A stretch of 64,000 nucleotides of DNA from Candidatus Parcubacteria bacterium (GCA_026395595.1 JAPLYL010000001.1:6174-70173); one strand, 5' to 3'; counted from the first letter of the stretch, positions 17,354-27,652 are shown. The notes: generated from the sequence alone by a model not told the origin. Made by a program: numbers and translations.

Positions 17354-18771
17354 TACAATTCTACAATACGCTCACGCGAGAAAAAGATATATTCATTCCG
17401 CTCCGAGAAGGAGCGGTTGGTATGTATAATTGCGGGCCAACGGTCTACAATTATGCGCATATCGGAAACCTCCGCGCCTATGTTTTTGCCGATATCCTGC
17501 GAAAGACCTTGGAATATCATAGGTATAAAGTAACGCAGATCGTCAACATTACCGATGTCGGACATCTCGTTTCCGACGAAGACGAAGGCGAGGATAAAAT
17601 GGAAAAAGGCGCCGCCCGCGAAGGCAAAACCGCTCAAGAGATTGCCGAATTTTATACCAAATCTTTTTATGAAGACCTCACGAAATTAAACATCCAACCA
17701 GCAACCAGATATACCAAAGCAACCGAACATATTCCCGAGCAAATCGCGCTTATTCAAAAACTGGAAGAAAAAGGTTTTACCTATGCGACCAGCGACGGAA
17801 TTTATTTTGATACCGAAAAATTTCCTGACTATGGGAAACTCGCCCTCTTGGATATTGAAGGATTGCGTTCCGGAGCAAGAGTGGAAGAAAATGAAGAGAA
17901 ACGCAATCCTGCAGACTTCGCTCTTTGGAAGTTTTCCAAACCGGGGGAAAAGCGCCAGCAAGAATGGCCGTCCCCGTGGGGTATCGGTTTTCCCGGTTGG
18001 CACATAGAATGTTCCGCGATGGCAATGAAGTACCTCGGCGAAACATTTGATATTCATACTGGAGGCATTGATCATATCCCAGTTCATCACACGAATGAGA
18101 TCGCTCAAGCGGAATGCGCCACCGGAAAAAAGTTCGTGAATTACTGGATGCATTCCGGATTCGTCAACATTGAAGGCGGAAAAATGGCAAAGTCGGCCGG
18201 TAATTTTGTACGCATGGCAACACTGGAAGAAAAAGGCATTTCCCCGCTCGCCTACCGCTACTGGCTTTTGACCGCGCATTATCGGAAAACAATAAACTTC
18301 ACATGGGAAACAGTGGAAGGCGCGCAAACTGCGCTGACCAAACTTCATGAAATTTTCCTGAATTACGGAAACAAAGAAGGAAAACCGGATGAAGAATATC
18401 TCGCAAAATTTACGTCATTTCTTGATGACGATCTGGAAACCGCCGAAGCCATCGCCTCGCTTTGGGATCTGGTAAAAGACGAGCGTATTTCTCCCGCAGA
18501 CAAAAAAGCGACAATGCTTGAGTACGAAAAGATTCTCGGACTCGGTTTCGGTTTCAGTAAAGAAAAACTCTCATCACTCGGTATTAAACTGGAGAAAACT
18601 CTTGGAGTGGGTGATGTTCCCGAAGAAATAAAAAAACTTTTGGGAGAAAGAAAAAAAGCGCGCCAAGAAAAAAACTGGAAAAGAAGCGATGAAATCCGAA
18701 ATGAAATTTTTGGACACGGCTATTCTATCAAAGATGAAAAAGATGGCGAACAAATCATTATTTCAGTTTGA
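17344..18771 (+). CDS. cysS: Cysteine--tRNA ligase
   Basis: CGPTVYNYAHIGN, DFALWK, PGWHIECSAM, KMAKS. Confidence 0.98.
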   Translation: MAVIQFYNTLTREKDIFIPLREGAVGMYNCGPTVYNYAHIGNLRAYVFADILRKTLEYHRYKVTQIVNITDVGHLVSDEDEGEDKMEKGAAREGKTAQEIAEFYTKSFYEDLTKLNIQPATRYTKATEHIPEQIALIQKLEEKGFTYATSDGIYFDTEKFPDYGKLALLDIEGLRSGARVEENEEKRNPADFALWKFSKPGEKRQQEWPSPWGIGFPGWHIECSAMAMKYLGETFDIHTGGIDHIPVHHTNEIAQAECATGKKFVNYWMHSGFVNIEGGKMAKSAGNFVRMATLEEKGISPLAYRYWLLTAHYRKTINFTWETVEGAQTALTKLHEIFLNYGNKEGKPDEEYLAKFTSFLDDDLETAEAIASLWDLVKDERISPADKKATMLEYEKILGLGFGFSKEKLSSLGIKLEKTLGVGDVPEEIKKLLGERKKARQEKNWKRSDEIRNEIFGHGYSIKDEKDGEQIIISV

Positions 18772-18834
18772 CAAACACAATAGAGTGGTGTATTCTTCTC
18801 TCAGAGTAATTTGAGAGAAGAAAGAGAGGAAATT

Positions 18835-19158
18835 TTGAAACTGCAATTAAAAAAAGGGTTTTTACTACCTGAACACGTTAAAGCCGCACAAAACAAACCG
18901 GGAAATTATCTTTGGAGACTGAATGCAACGAACGAAACGCAAGATGAGGTCCATGAAGAATTTACCAACCTGACTTTTGAAGAGGCGTTATTTCGGGCAA
19001 AAGAGATGCTCGGCAAAAAAACTCCCGCAAAAAAAATAATCGCGGAAGTAATAATTTTCGGGAATGTAAAACATGCTCCCGTTTGTTATTGGAACAAATT
19101 TGTAACAAACAAAGATCCGAACAAAACAGGAACACACAGCCTGACAGTAACCCTATAA
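18835..19158 (+). CDS. Hypothetical protein
   Basis: TTGACA promoter at the cysS end, GAGG RBS before TTG 18835, terminator at about 19163-19203. Confidence 0.55.
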   Translation: MKLQLKKGFLLPEHVKAAQNKPGNYLWRLNATNETQDEVHEEFTNLTFEEALFRAKEMLGKKTPAKKIIAEVIIFGNVKHAPVCYWNKFVTNKDPNKTGTHSLTVTL

Positions 19159-19202
19159 AAATAACCCCGCGGTCGCTACAGCGACTTTGCGGGGTTTTTC
19201 TT

Positions 19203-19964
19203 TTACCACTTTTGTTCCTGGACATCAAAATGACTCGGGAGATAACTTTCCGTCATGGTTTTTCCTACCTGAGGTCTCGCAATATACATATGGCGAGTTT
19301 TATTGACGCAAAAAACAGAATCACTTCTTTCCACTTTCTTCGGCCCGCAAATAACAACCGGTTCAAAACCGAGCGCTTCCTGAATGATTTCAGACAGAAG
19401 AGAAATGGATTGCTGGTACATCTTTCGCACCCTCCTTGCATCGTCCCAACACCACTCGGCATCAGGAAGATCCGGAAGAAACATCCCTCCCGAAATAACG
19501 ACATCAATAGTTCCCTTTACACAAAGACTTTTTAATTCAGTAAAGCTGTCAGTCAAATCGTTCGAAAACTGTTCACGATATCTTTCTCTCAAAAATTTTG
19601 TCGGATCCTGATGACTGAGAAAAGAAATGTTTTTTCTTGTTTTCTTTTCCCGTCCGATAGCGAATACCGAAGTGCAATCATACAGATATCGGGTCAATTT
19701 ATCACGAGAATTGATGGAAGAGATAACATACGTTTCCGTGCCTGCGGTTTTTGCATTGATATTTTTCCACTCCGTCGGCTTCGCATAGTAATCCACGTTT
19801 TCAGTATCGCTTTTCTCATGGTCAAAGCTTGGACTGAGCAGTATTTTACACAAATCGGGTTCCGTTTTTTCAAAATCACGAAACGTGCCAAAACACGCGA
19901 TAATACTCTTTTCTCCATTTTTCAAATGTTCCGAAGATGGCGGATTTTTCTTGAGAACTTTCAC
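19203..19964 (-). CDS. Hypothetical protein with a possible CheD/CNF1-like Cys-His dyad
   Basis: AGGAGG RBS + GTG start; LYDCTSVFAIG...SFLSHQDP...DVVISGG. Confidence 0.7.
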   Translation of the reverse strand: MKVLKKNPPSSEHLKNGEKSIIACFGTFRDFEKTEPDLCKILLSPSFDHEKSDTENVDYYAKPTEWKNINAKTAGTETYVISSINSRDKLTRYLYDCTSVFAIGREKKTRKNISFLSHQDPTKFLRERYREQFSNDLTDSFTELKSLCVKGTIDVVISGGMFLPDLPDAEWCWDDARRVRKMYQQSISLLSEIIQEALGFEPVVICGPKKVERSDSVFCVNKTRHMYIARPQVGKTMTESYLPSHFDVQEQKW

Positions 19965-20074
19965 TGAGACCTCCTTTCAAATAGATTATTCTGTTCTCAA
20001 AATACACAGAAAAAATGATTGTGTCAAACTTTTTGGATCTGAAAAAAAATCCGCCATAAGGCGGATTTTTTTCT

Positions 20075-21379
20075 TTATTTCAATTTTTCTCTCAAATACT
20101 CGGGGAGTTTCTCTATGGTGATTCGGTCTTGTTTCATCGTATCGCGGTCGCGAACCGTGACAGCATTATCATTGATGGTCTCAAAATCAACCGTAACGCA
20201 ATACGGCGTTCCTATTTCATCTTGCCGGCGATAGCGCTTGCCTATGGACTGAGTTTCGTCATACTGACAAACAAATTCTTTTTTAAGCGTATCAAATATC
20301 GGTTTCGCAATAACAGAAAGTTCTTCCTTCTTGGAGAGCGGGAGAATGGCAACTTTAATCGGAGTAATATGTTTCGGAAGGCGTAAAACGCTTCGCACTT
20401 CCTCTTCTACATCTTCTTCATCATAGGAAGTACAGAGAATTGCAAGAATAGTTCTATCCAAACCGAAAGTCGGTTCTATAACATGAGGAATGAATTTTTC
20501 TCTGTTCACGTCATCAATATACTCCAAAGAAACCGTACTTTCTTTTTGATGATTCGCGAGGTCAAAGTCTGTTCGGTACGCAATACCATAGAGTTCTTTC
20601 CTTCCGAAAGGAAAATCAAATTCAAAATCTATGGTGCGTTTGGAATAATGAGCCAAGTCTTCAGAAGCGACTTCCAGTTCATGCACGTCTTCTTTTCGGA
20701 GTCCGATATCTTTCATCCATTCAATCATTTGCTCTCGCCAGTATTCAAAATGCTCTTTCCAGTCATCAGGCTTCACAAAGTATTCAATTTCCATCTGTTC
20801 AAATTCACGCGTGCGGAAAACAAAGTCACGGGGAGTGATTTCATTTCTAAAGGCTTTTCCTATTTGCCCCATACCGAATGGCAATCGCGGATGGAATGAG
20901 TCAACGATATTTTTGAAATTCACAAACATTCCCTGTGCCGTTTCAGGACGAAGGTAAACAACAGAAGAAGAATCTTCTACGGCTCCGGCCGAAGTTTTGA
21001 ACATCATATTGAACTGCCTTTCTTCTCCAAGCTTCCCTTTGCATTCCGGACATTTCTCTCCTTCCACTTGGTCAGCGCGAAATCTTTTTTTGCATTTCTC
21101 GCATTCAACGAGAGGGTCGGTAAAAGTCGCGACGTGTCCGGCCGCTTCCCAGACTTTTGAATTCATGAGTATCGACGCATCCACGCCGTACATATCGCTT
21201 CGGTCTTCCACGAAACGTTTCCACCATATATCTTTGATATTCTTTTTAAGAGCGACGCCGAGAGGCCCGTAATCCCAAGTACCGGCAAGTCCTCCGTAAA
21301 TTTCAGAACCGCGATATATAAACCCCCGCCGTTTCGCAAGCGATTCAACTTTTTCCATCGTAACTTTTTCTTTTTCCAT
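20075..21379 (-). CDS. glyQS: Glycine--tRNA ligase (alpha2 type)
   Basis: YLRPETAQG, GKAFRNEI, REFEQMEIE, PHVIEPTFG, IGKRYRRQDEIGTP. Confidence 0.97.
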   Translation of the reverse strand: MEKEKVTMEKVESLAKRRGFIYRGSEIYGGLAGTWDYGPLGVALKKNIKDIWWKRFVEDRSDMYGVDASILMNSKVWEAAGHVATFTDPLVECEKCKKRFRADQVEGEKCPECKGKLGEERQFNMMFKTSAGAVEDSSSVVYLRPETAQGMFVNFKNIVDSFHPRLPFGMGQIGKAFRNEITPRDFVFRTREFEQMEIEYFVKPDDWKEHFEYWREQMIEWMKDIGLRKEDVHELEVASEDLAHYSKRTIDFEFDFPFGRKELYGIAYRTDFDLANHQKESTVSLEYIDDVNREKFIPHVIEPTFGLDRTILAILCTSYDEEDVEEEVRSVLRLPKHITPIKVAILPLSKKEELSVIAKPIFDTLKKEFVCQYDETQSIGKRYRRQDEIGTPYCVTVDFETINDNAVTVRDRDTMKQDRITIEKLPEYLREKLK

Positions 21380-21449
21380 ATCTCTATTTTTACCATATTT
21401 TAACCAAAAGAAAAAGCGTCCGATAAAAAATGCTTCTTTCTTGTTATTC

Positions 21450-22208
21450 CTATTTTTTTGAAATATCTGCAACCATAGCTCCGTGGTCGCTTATTCCAAA
21501 TCGGAGCGATACATCAGAAACCTCATATTCGGGAGTAGAAAAAAGACCGTCAACCATCAATTCCTTCACAGCATCAGGATTGCGGTGAAATTTTTGATCA
21601 AGAGAAGTAATATATTCAACAGGAATGTTATCTTTAAAAAGTCTTGCGAGCCCGTCAAAAACTTCCTCTCCTCGCGGAGCGTTAAAATCTCCGGCAAAAA
21701 CGATGCCATCTTTAAACTCTTCCATTTTTATCAAAAGGTTTTTCAAATCCAGACGCTGTCGGTCGTCTGTATTTCCGTGCGGTGTCCAAGTAAAATGCGT
21801 CGTGCCAAGCGTATAAGAAATTCCATCAACATTAACAACAAGAGAAAGCAAAACGCATGCCACGGTATCCTCTCCTCCTTCAACATATTTTACGTATACG
21901 GGGATATCTTTAGCGTCTCCTTTATAGTATTGCAAAAGCGTTTTTTCAACCGGAAGTTTCGTAAACATCGCCACACCCATGGAAATAATTTCAGTGGGAT
22001 TATCAAAGGAATCCGGCCATTGGAACATCTGGGCAAAAAAACCTTTCATGCCGAGCTCTTTTTCAAACATAGGAATGTCCCTTTCAAAAACTTCCTGCAA
22101 ACAAACAACATCCGCATTTTGTTCCTTCAAAAAATGAAGTACCGTATCATAGTGCTTGTCCCGTTCAATGTTTACCGAAACAAAATGAATCGATGAAGAA
22201 TTTTTCAT
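21450..22208 (-). CDS. Endonuclease/exonuclease/phosphatase family protein
   Basis: SVNIE, ADVVCLQEV, TTHF, AGDFN, SDH. Confidence 0.9.
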   Translation of the reverse strand: MKNSSSIHFVSVNIERDKHYDTVLHFLKEQNADVVCLQEVFERDIPMFEKELGMKGFFAQMFQWPDSFDNPTEIISMGVAMFTKLPVEKTLLQYYKGDAKDIPVYVKYVEGGEDTVACVLLSLVVNVDGISYTLGTTHFTWTPHGNTDDRQRLDLKNLLIKMEEFKDGIVFAGDFNAPRGEEVFDGLARLFKDNIPVEYITSLDQKFHRNPDAVKELMVDGLFSTPEYEVSDVSLRFGISDHGAMVADISKK

Positions 22209-22213
22209 AGTTT

Positions 22214-24265
22214 TTAGTTTTTTTCCAATGAATGAATTTCGTCCCGTAAAATCGCTGCTGTTTCAAAATCTAACTCTTTGACCGCTTGCGCCATTTGTCG
22301 ATGTTTCACTTTCAAAAGTTTTTCCATGTCTTTTCCGAAGACGGCTCGGTCGGTGACAAGGTTGGCGTTTACGGCTTTTTCGTGAGCGCTTTCAAGATGT
22401 TCAGTAATATCATGAATATGTTTAATGATGGTCTTCGGTGTAATACCGTGTTTTTCGTTGTATGCGATTTGAATTTTTCTTCGGCGGTTCGTTTCTCCAA
22501 CAGCACGTTCAATAGAACCGGTCATATGGTCAGCATATAAGATAACTTTTCCTTCCACATTTCGCGCGGCGCGTCCGATGGTTTGAATAAGAGAAGTTTC
22601 GCTTCGCAAAAATCCTTCTTTATCCGCGTCCAAAATTCCGATAAAGGTGACTTCGGGAAGATCCAACCCTTCACGCAAAAGATTTACTCCGACCAGACAA
22701 TCAAAATTCCCCCGACGGAACTCCGTCAGAATTTTAATGCGGTCAATCGTTTTTATATCGCTATGCAAATACTCGGATTTTATTCCTCTTTCCTTCAAAT
22801 ATACCGATAAGTCTTCCGCCATTTTTTTAGTGAGAGTCGTTGCGATAACGCGTCCTCCTTTTTCTACGGCTTTTTCCGTTTCTTTAATGAAATCTTGGAT
22901 CTGTCCCGGGTAGTTATCTCCCAACAAGGTACGCCCTTGTTCCGACAAGGGCGTACCTTGTTGGGTTGTCAAGATTGGGCGGATTTCAATTTCCGGGTCA
23001 ATAAGTCCGGTCGGACGAATAACTTGTTCAACGGTTTGTTCGCTCTGTTCTTTTTCCATTTCCCCCGGCGTTGCGGACGTATAAACAACCTGTCCGATTC
23101 TTTCTTTGAATTCAGGATATTTAAGCGGTCGGTTGTCTTTCGCGCTTGGTAAACGAAACCCGTATTCCACAAGCGTTTTTTTACGAGAAGCATCGCCAGC
23201 ATACATTCCCTGCAACTGAGGAAGTGTCACATGTGATTCGTCTATAATCGTCAAAAAATCAGGCGAACCGTCTTCTTTATGAGGAAAATATGAAAGCAAA
23301 GTTTCAGGCGGTTCCCCCTCTTTTTTTCCGGAGAGATGCCGAGAGTAATTTTCAATTCCGCTGCAATAACCGACTTCTTGTATCATGGACATATCGTAAT
23401 TCGTGCGACGTTTGATGCGTTCCGCTTCAAGAAGTTTTCCTTCCGACTCAAATACTTTCAACTGGGATTCCATCTCTTTGCGGATGTCGGCAATCGCTTT
23501 TTTTGTTTTGCTTTCTTCTGTGAGAAAATGTTTCGTGGGAAAAAGAAAGATGTTTTTTGGTTCTTCCAACACAACACCTGACACGGGATCCACTTTCAAT
23601 ATCTCGGAAATTTTCCCGTCTTCAAGCCCGATATTAAAAACGAGTCTTTCCGAAACCGGCATAACTTCCACTCTTCCTCCGGTACTGCGAAATTGCCCGG
23701 GATTAAGATCGGCGGAGGTGCGTTCGTAGTGAATAGAAATAAGGCGATTCAAAAGTTCCCGACGCTCAAAACTCTCGCCAACCGCCAATTTCAAATTCTC
23801 TTTTTCGTATTCCGCCGGACTCCCTAAACCGTAAATGCAAGAAACCGAAGCGACAATGATCACGTCTTTTCTGGTCAAAAGCGATTGAGTGGAAGCATGG
23901 CGAAGCCGGTCAATTTCTGCATTGATCTGCGCATCTTTTTCAATAAAAGTGTCAGTGACCGGCATGTAGGCTTCCGGCTGATAATAGTCGTAATAAGAAA
24001 CAAAATAATGAACGGCGTTTTCCGGAAAAAATTCCTGATATTCCTGCGCAAGCTGAGCCGCAAGCGTTTTGTTATGCGCGATAACCAGTGTCGGTTTCTG
24101 GACGGTATTGATGATATTGGCAACGGTAAAAGTTTTTCCCGAACCGGTCACACCTAAAAGGGTCTGCGCCGGCATACCCTTTTTCAATCCGGAGAGGAGC
24201 GAGGCGATAGCATTCGGCTGATCCCCTGCCGGTTCAAATTTTGAAGAAAGCTTAAAATTGGACAT
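22214..24265 (-). CDS. uvrB: Excinuclease ABC subunit B, with an in-frame palindromic insertion
   Basis: GVTGSGKT, YYDYYQPEAY, DESH, QTIGRAARN, C-terminal UVR; start MSNFKL. Confidence 0.98.
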   Translation of the reverse strand: MSNFKLSSKFEPAGDQPNAIASLLSGLKKGMPAQTLLGVTGSGKTFTVANIINTVQKPTLVIAHNKTLAAQLAQEYQEFFPENAVHYFVSYYDYYQPEAYMPVTDTFIEKDAQINAEIDRLRHASTQSLLTRKDVIIVASVSCIYGLGSPAEYEKENLKLAVGESFERRELLNRLISIHYERTSADLNPGQFRSTGGRVEVMPVSERLVFNIGLEDGKISEILKVDPVSGVVLEEPKNIFLFPTKHFLTEESKTKKAIADIRKEMESQLKVFESEGKLLEAERIKRRTNYDMSMIQEVGYCSGIENYSRHLSGKKEGEPPETLLSYFPHKEDGSPDFLTIIDESHVTLPQLQGMYAGDASRKKTLVEYGFRLPSAKDNRPLKYPEFKERIGQVVYTSATPGEMEKEQSEQTVEQVIRPTGLIDPEIEIRPILTTQQGTPLSEQGRTLLGDNYPGQIQDFIKETEKAVEKGGRVIATTLTKKMAEDLSVYLKERGIKSEYLHSDIKTIDRIKILTEFRRGNFDCLVGVNLLREGLDLPEVTFIGILDADKEGFLRSETSLIQTIGRAARNVEGKVILYADHMTGSIERAVGETNRRRKIQIAYNEKHGITPKTIIKHIHDITEHLESAHEKAVNANLVTDRAVFGKDMEKLLKVKHRQMAQAVKELDFETAAILRDEIHSLEKN
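22920..22965. repeat. Perfect 21-bp inverted repeat (TCCG loop) inside the uvrB CDS
   Basis: cccaacaaggtacgcccttgt-tccg-acaagggcgtaccttgttggg, read as TQQGTPLSEQGRTLLG. Confidence 0.9.
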
Positions 24266-24322
24266 ATGAGATATTCTATACTGTAGATTGATAAATAACC
24301 AGCGATAAGATATAATAAAAAA

Positions 24323-24592
24323 ATGGAAACTGTACAATTTGAAGAACAACCCCGTATAGCAACCCACCAAAAGAAGGGAGCATTTTTACCGTCCCTCATT
24401 ATTAAATTTTCCCATGGAAAAGTTGAAAACGAAAATCAAGCAAATCTGGTTCTGTTTACCGGTGCTGTTATTATTTTCGTTCTCGCTTTCTTCGTCGCTT
24501 TTACAGGTGGAACAACCAAAAGTTCCTTGCCAGAGCCTCTTATTAAAACGGATATAGAAAGAATGATAAATCAACCAATTCCAAAAAAATGA
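24323..24592 (+). CDS. Small single-pass membrane protein
   Basis: IIKFSHGKVENENQANLVL then a TM helix; TATAAT 6 nt upstream. Confidence 0.75.
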   Translation: METVQFEEQPRIATHQKKGAFLPSLIIKFSHGKVENENQANLVLFTGAVIIFVLAFFVAFTGGTTKSSLPEPLIKTDIERMINQPIPKK

Positions 24593-25113
24593 TAAAAAAA
24601 AGAAATAAGGGGTTCACTCTTATAGAACTTTTGGTTGTAATTGCAATCATTGCTCTTTTGTCTACAACAGTAATGACATCACTTTCCGCCGCACGCCAAA
24701 AATCCAGAAACGCAAAAAGAATGGCAGATATGAAGGCTATTCAAACAGCATTGGAAATGTACTACAACGACAACAATGGTTACCCAAATCCGGGAGGAGG
24801 ATGGAGATCCGAATGCAATTCATATGGAGGGTTTGCGGCAAATAATGTTATACCAGGACTAACCCCAACATATCTCGGAACTTTTCCATCAGATCCTTCA
24901 ATGAATAGAACCGGAAGCGTTAGCTGTTATCTTTATAATTCAAATGGAACAGATTACGCATTACTTGATCACAATGGTCCAGACATTGTTTACACATCAA
25001 ATTCCACACTCATTGATCCAACGCGTGACGGCGGTTCTAATCCCTGTATCATTGATGGAACAAACATATGGTCATGGAAAATATCTTCTTCTCCTGTCAG
25101 TCGTTGTTGGTAA
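24589..25113 (+). CDS. Type IV pilin / GspG-like pseudopilin
   Basis: KGFTLIELLVVIAII N-methylation site; ALEMYYNDNNGYP; PSDP. Confidence 0.93.
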   Translation: MIKKRNKGFTLIELLVVIAIIALLSTTVMTSLSAARQKSRNAKRMADMKAIQTALEMYYNDNNGYPNPGGGWRSECNSYGGFAANNVIPGLTPTYLGTFPSDPSMNRTGSVSCYLYNSNGTDYALLDHNGPDIVYTSNSTLIDPTRDGGSNPCIIDGTNIWSWKISSSPVSRCW

Positions 25114-25185
25114 AAAAAATTGACAAAAAAGAAATGAATGATACTCTCAAAAGAGATATTTCTTTGATTTTTCCAAGGAGGAAAA

Positions 25186-26022
25186 ATGTTCACTTTTATC
25201 AGTGTTGTTCTTATTATTCTTACTGTTTTTGCTCATGAATTTTTTGGACATGCCACGGCAATCCGCGATGCGGGCGCCCATGTCTCAAAAGTAGCGCTTG
25301 GACTTCCTTATGGGCCATATCTCTCCTTTTCTTTGAAAGGAAAATGGGCGGGTACGACTTTTGTCATTCATTATCTTTGTCCGTTCGGAGCCTTCACAGA
25401 ATATGACGGGCGAGAAGTCCGTTCGCTCCCCTACTGGCAACAATCGCGCATTCATGCAAGCGGGCCTTTTGTCAGCATCATGTTCGGATGCTTCCTTATC
25501 GTTCTTGCCGGATTCGTTGCCACAGCCGAACGCCCAGAAATATCACTCTGGTATTTTCCGCATCTTCCTCTCCTGATGAGTTCTCTCTGCTCTATTGTCT
25601 TTCTCGGGATGGTTCTGCGATTCGGCGGAAAAATACTTTTTACGTATGTCGCGCCCTGTATTCCGGTAGCGCTTTTCTTGTTTGTTGTTTATGGTCTTTT
25701 CTTTTCAGGAACAGGAGTAACGAGCCCGGTTGCCATTATTGGAACCGCCGGAAAAGTCTCCGAGCTTTCCGGAGCCGTTTTTTTTGCCGGAAACATCTCA
25801 GGAGTCGTCTTCGGTTTTCCCATGTTGCTCCCTCTCCGTATTTTTGGGATAGCCTTGGATGGCGAGCAGATATTGAGACCGCTGGTTGAAAAGCATATTC
25901 CTCAACTTCTCGGAGCGTTTGAATCCTTTGGAACGATGTTTTTCGGGATTCTCGTTTTATACGTTTCACAAAGAGAACTGGCCCCGATAGTTCTTCCTTT
26001 TTTGGAACGAATCTTCTCCTAA
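25186..26022 (+). CDS. Site-2 protease (M50)-like membrane protein with atypical motifs
   Basis: HEFFGH, ASGPFVS, MLLPL....LDG. Confidence 0.75.
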   Translation: MFTFISVVLIILTVFAHEFFGHATAIRDAGAHVSKVALGLPYGPYLSFSLKGKWAGTTFVIHYLCPFGAFTEYDGREVRSLPYWQQSRIHASGPFVSIMFGCFLIVLAGFVATAERPEISLWYFPHLPLLMSSLCSIVFLGMVLRFGGKILFTYVAPCIPVALFLFVVYGLFFSGTGVTSPVAIIGTAGKVSELSGAVFFAGNISGVVFGFPMLLPLRIFGIALDGEQILRPLVEKHIPQLLGAFESFGTMFFGILVLYVSQRELAPIVLPFLERIFS

Positions 26023-26224
26023 AACCACCATAAACCCGGTCTTTTTTGGCCGGGTTTTTCTGACCCAAAAAGTCTTTACAAAGAAAACAAGATATGGTAT
26101 ACCAAGGGCAGTTCCTTATTATTACGTCATTTTCACAGAAGAAAACGGCAAAATACTAAGGAAAATAATGGATTTTTGTACATTGATAAGGGATTTTTTT
26201 ACTATATGAAGTAAGGAGGTTTAC

Positions 26225-27652
26225 ATGTCCAAACGTACACCGTTTGATAAATACTTAGCTCAATTGGAAAATGCAGCTACCGTTTTGAATTTGGATCCCC
26301 GTATCCTTGAGCGCCTGAAAATTCCGGCATTGCTCATACGAGGAAAAGTTAAAATAGAAATGGATGACAGCACTTTCAAGGAATTCAACGTATTCCGTTG
26401 CCAGCATAATCACGCTCGCGGCCCAACCCAAGGCGGTACCCGTTTTGACCCCGCAGTCTGCGAATCAGAAGTAAAATTCTTGGCCGCAATGATGACTATG
26501 AAAAATACGATAGACCAGATTTTGAACGGCGGTGGCAAGGGCGGTATCTGCGTAGACAAAATTCCGCTTTCTCTCGGTGAAGGCGAACGTCTCTGTCGCG
26601 GTTATACCAGAACTATCCACCCATGGATCGGTCCTCGTCGCGATGGCCCTGCGCCTGATGTAAACACCGGCGGACAAGAAATGGCATGGTTCCTTGATGA
26701 GCAAGAAAGACTCGCGGGAGAACACTGCTTCGGCGCTTTCACGGGTAAACCTCTTGTTTTAGGAGGCTCACTCGGACGCGGCGACGCAACTGCGCTTGGC
26801 GCGGTATACGCATCAGAAGCAATGATCAAACAACTTGGCCTGAAAGGCGGTTTAAGTATTTCTATCCAAGGATTTGGTAATGCCGGCGATTTTTATGCCA
26901 AGTTGATGTCTGAAGAAAAACACGGCGGTCACAAAATCGTTTCTGTTTCAGACAGAAGCGGTGTGATCTACAAAGCCGATGGTTTTGATTATACCGACCT
27001 GCATAATTTCTGCTACAAAAACGGTAAAAAAGTCCGTAAAGTCACTGAGTATCCTTATAAAGACGTTCTGACTTCAGAAGAAGCGGAATTGCTTTCTTTG
27101 ACGGCTGATATTTTTGCACCGGCAGCGTTTGAAGATAAGATTGATGCGGCTATGGCTCGCGCGATCAAATCAAAATTCATCGTGGAACTTGCTAATGGCC
27201 CTTGCACAGAAGAAGCGGATGCCATCCTTGCTGAACGCGGCGTGGAAATCATTCCTGACATCTATGCATCAGGAGGCGGTGTTCGAGTATCGGCAGCTGA
27301 AAAAATCCAAGGTTTGGAAAATCAAAAATGGACAGCGGAACGCGTTGCTGAATGGTTAAAAACACGTATGTTCCAGGCATTTGAAGACCTGGTCAAAGTT
27401 CGGGAAGAGTATCATTTGAAATCATTCCGAGAAGCGGCAATGGTCTTCGCGGTTCGTGAAGTTGCAGAAGCCATGACCTGGCGCGGCGGTTTTGATTATC
27501 CTTACGGCGAAGTGATAGACGTAGAACCTGTCGTGGTCTGTAAAGACCTGGCAAAAAGAGATAACTTGCGTTATGTCTCTGCCCTCAACGACAAGGTCAA
27601 AAAATTCGTTTACGACTTTGACACAAAAAAAACAATAGAGATTTCTGAATAA
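26225..27652 (+). CDS. Glu/Leu/Phe/Val dehydrogenase family protein, divergent active site
   Basis: GPTQGGTRF, MTMK, GGGKGG, PAPDVNT, QGFGNAG, ELANGP; strong AAGGAGG RBS. Confidence 0.9.
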   Translation: MSKRTPFDKYLAQLENAATVLNLDPRILERLKIPALLIRGKVKIEMDDSTFKEFNVFRCQHNHARGPTQGGTRFDPAVCESEVKFLAAMMTMKNTIDQILNGGGKGGICVDKIPLSLGEGERLCRGYTRTIHPWIGPRRDGPAPDVNTGGQEMAWFLDEQERLAGEHCFGAFTGKPLVLGGSLGRGDATALGAVYASEAMIKQLGLKGGLSISIQGFGNAGDFYAKLMSEEKHGGHKIVSVSDRSGVIYKADGFDYTDLHNFCYKNGKKVRKVTEYPYKDVLTSEEAELLSLTADIFAPAAFEDKIDAAMARAIKSKFIVELANGPCTEEADAILAERGVEIIPDIYASGGGVRVSAAEKIQGLENQKWTAERVAEWLKTRMFQAFEDLVKVREEYHLKSFREAAMVFAVREVAEAMTWRGGFDYPYGEVIDVEPVVVCKDLAKRDNLRYVSALNDKVKKFVYDFDTKKTIEISE

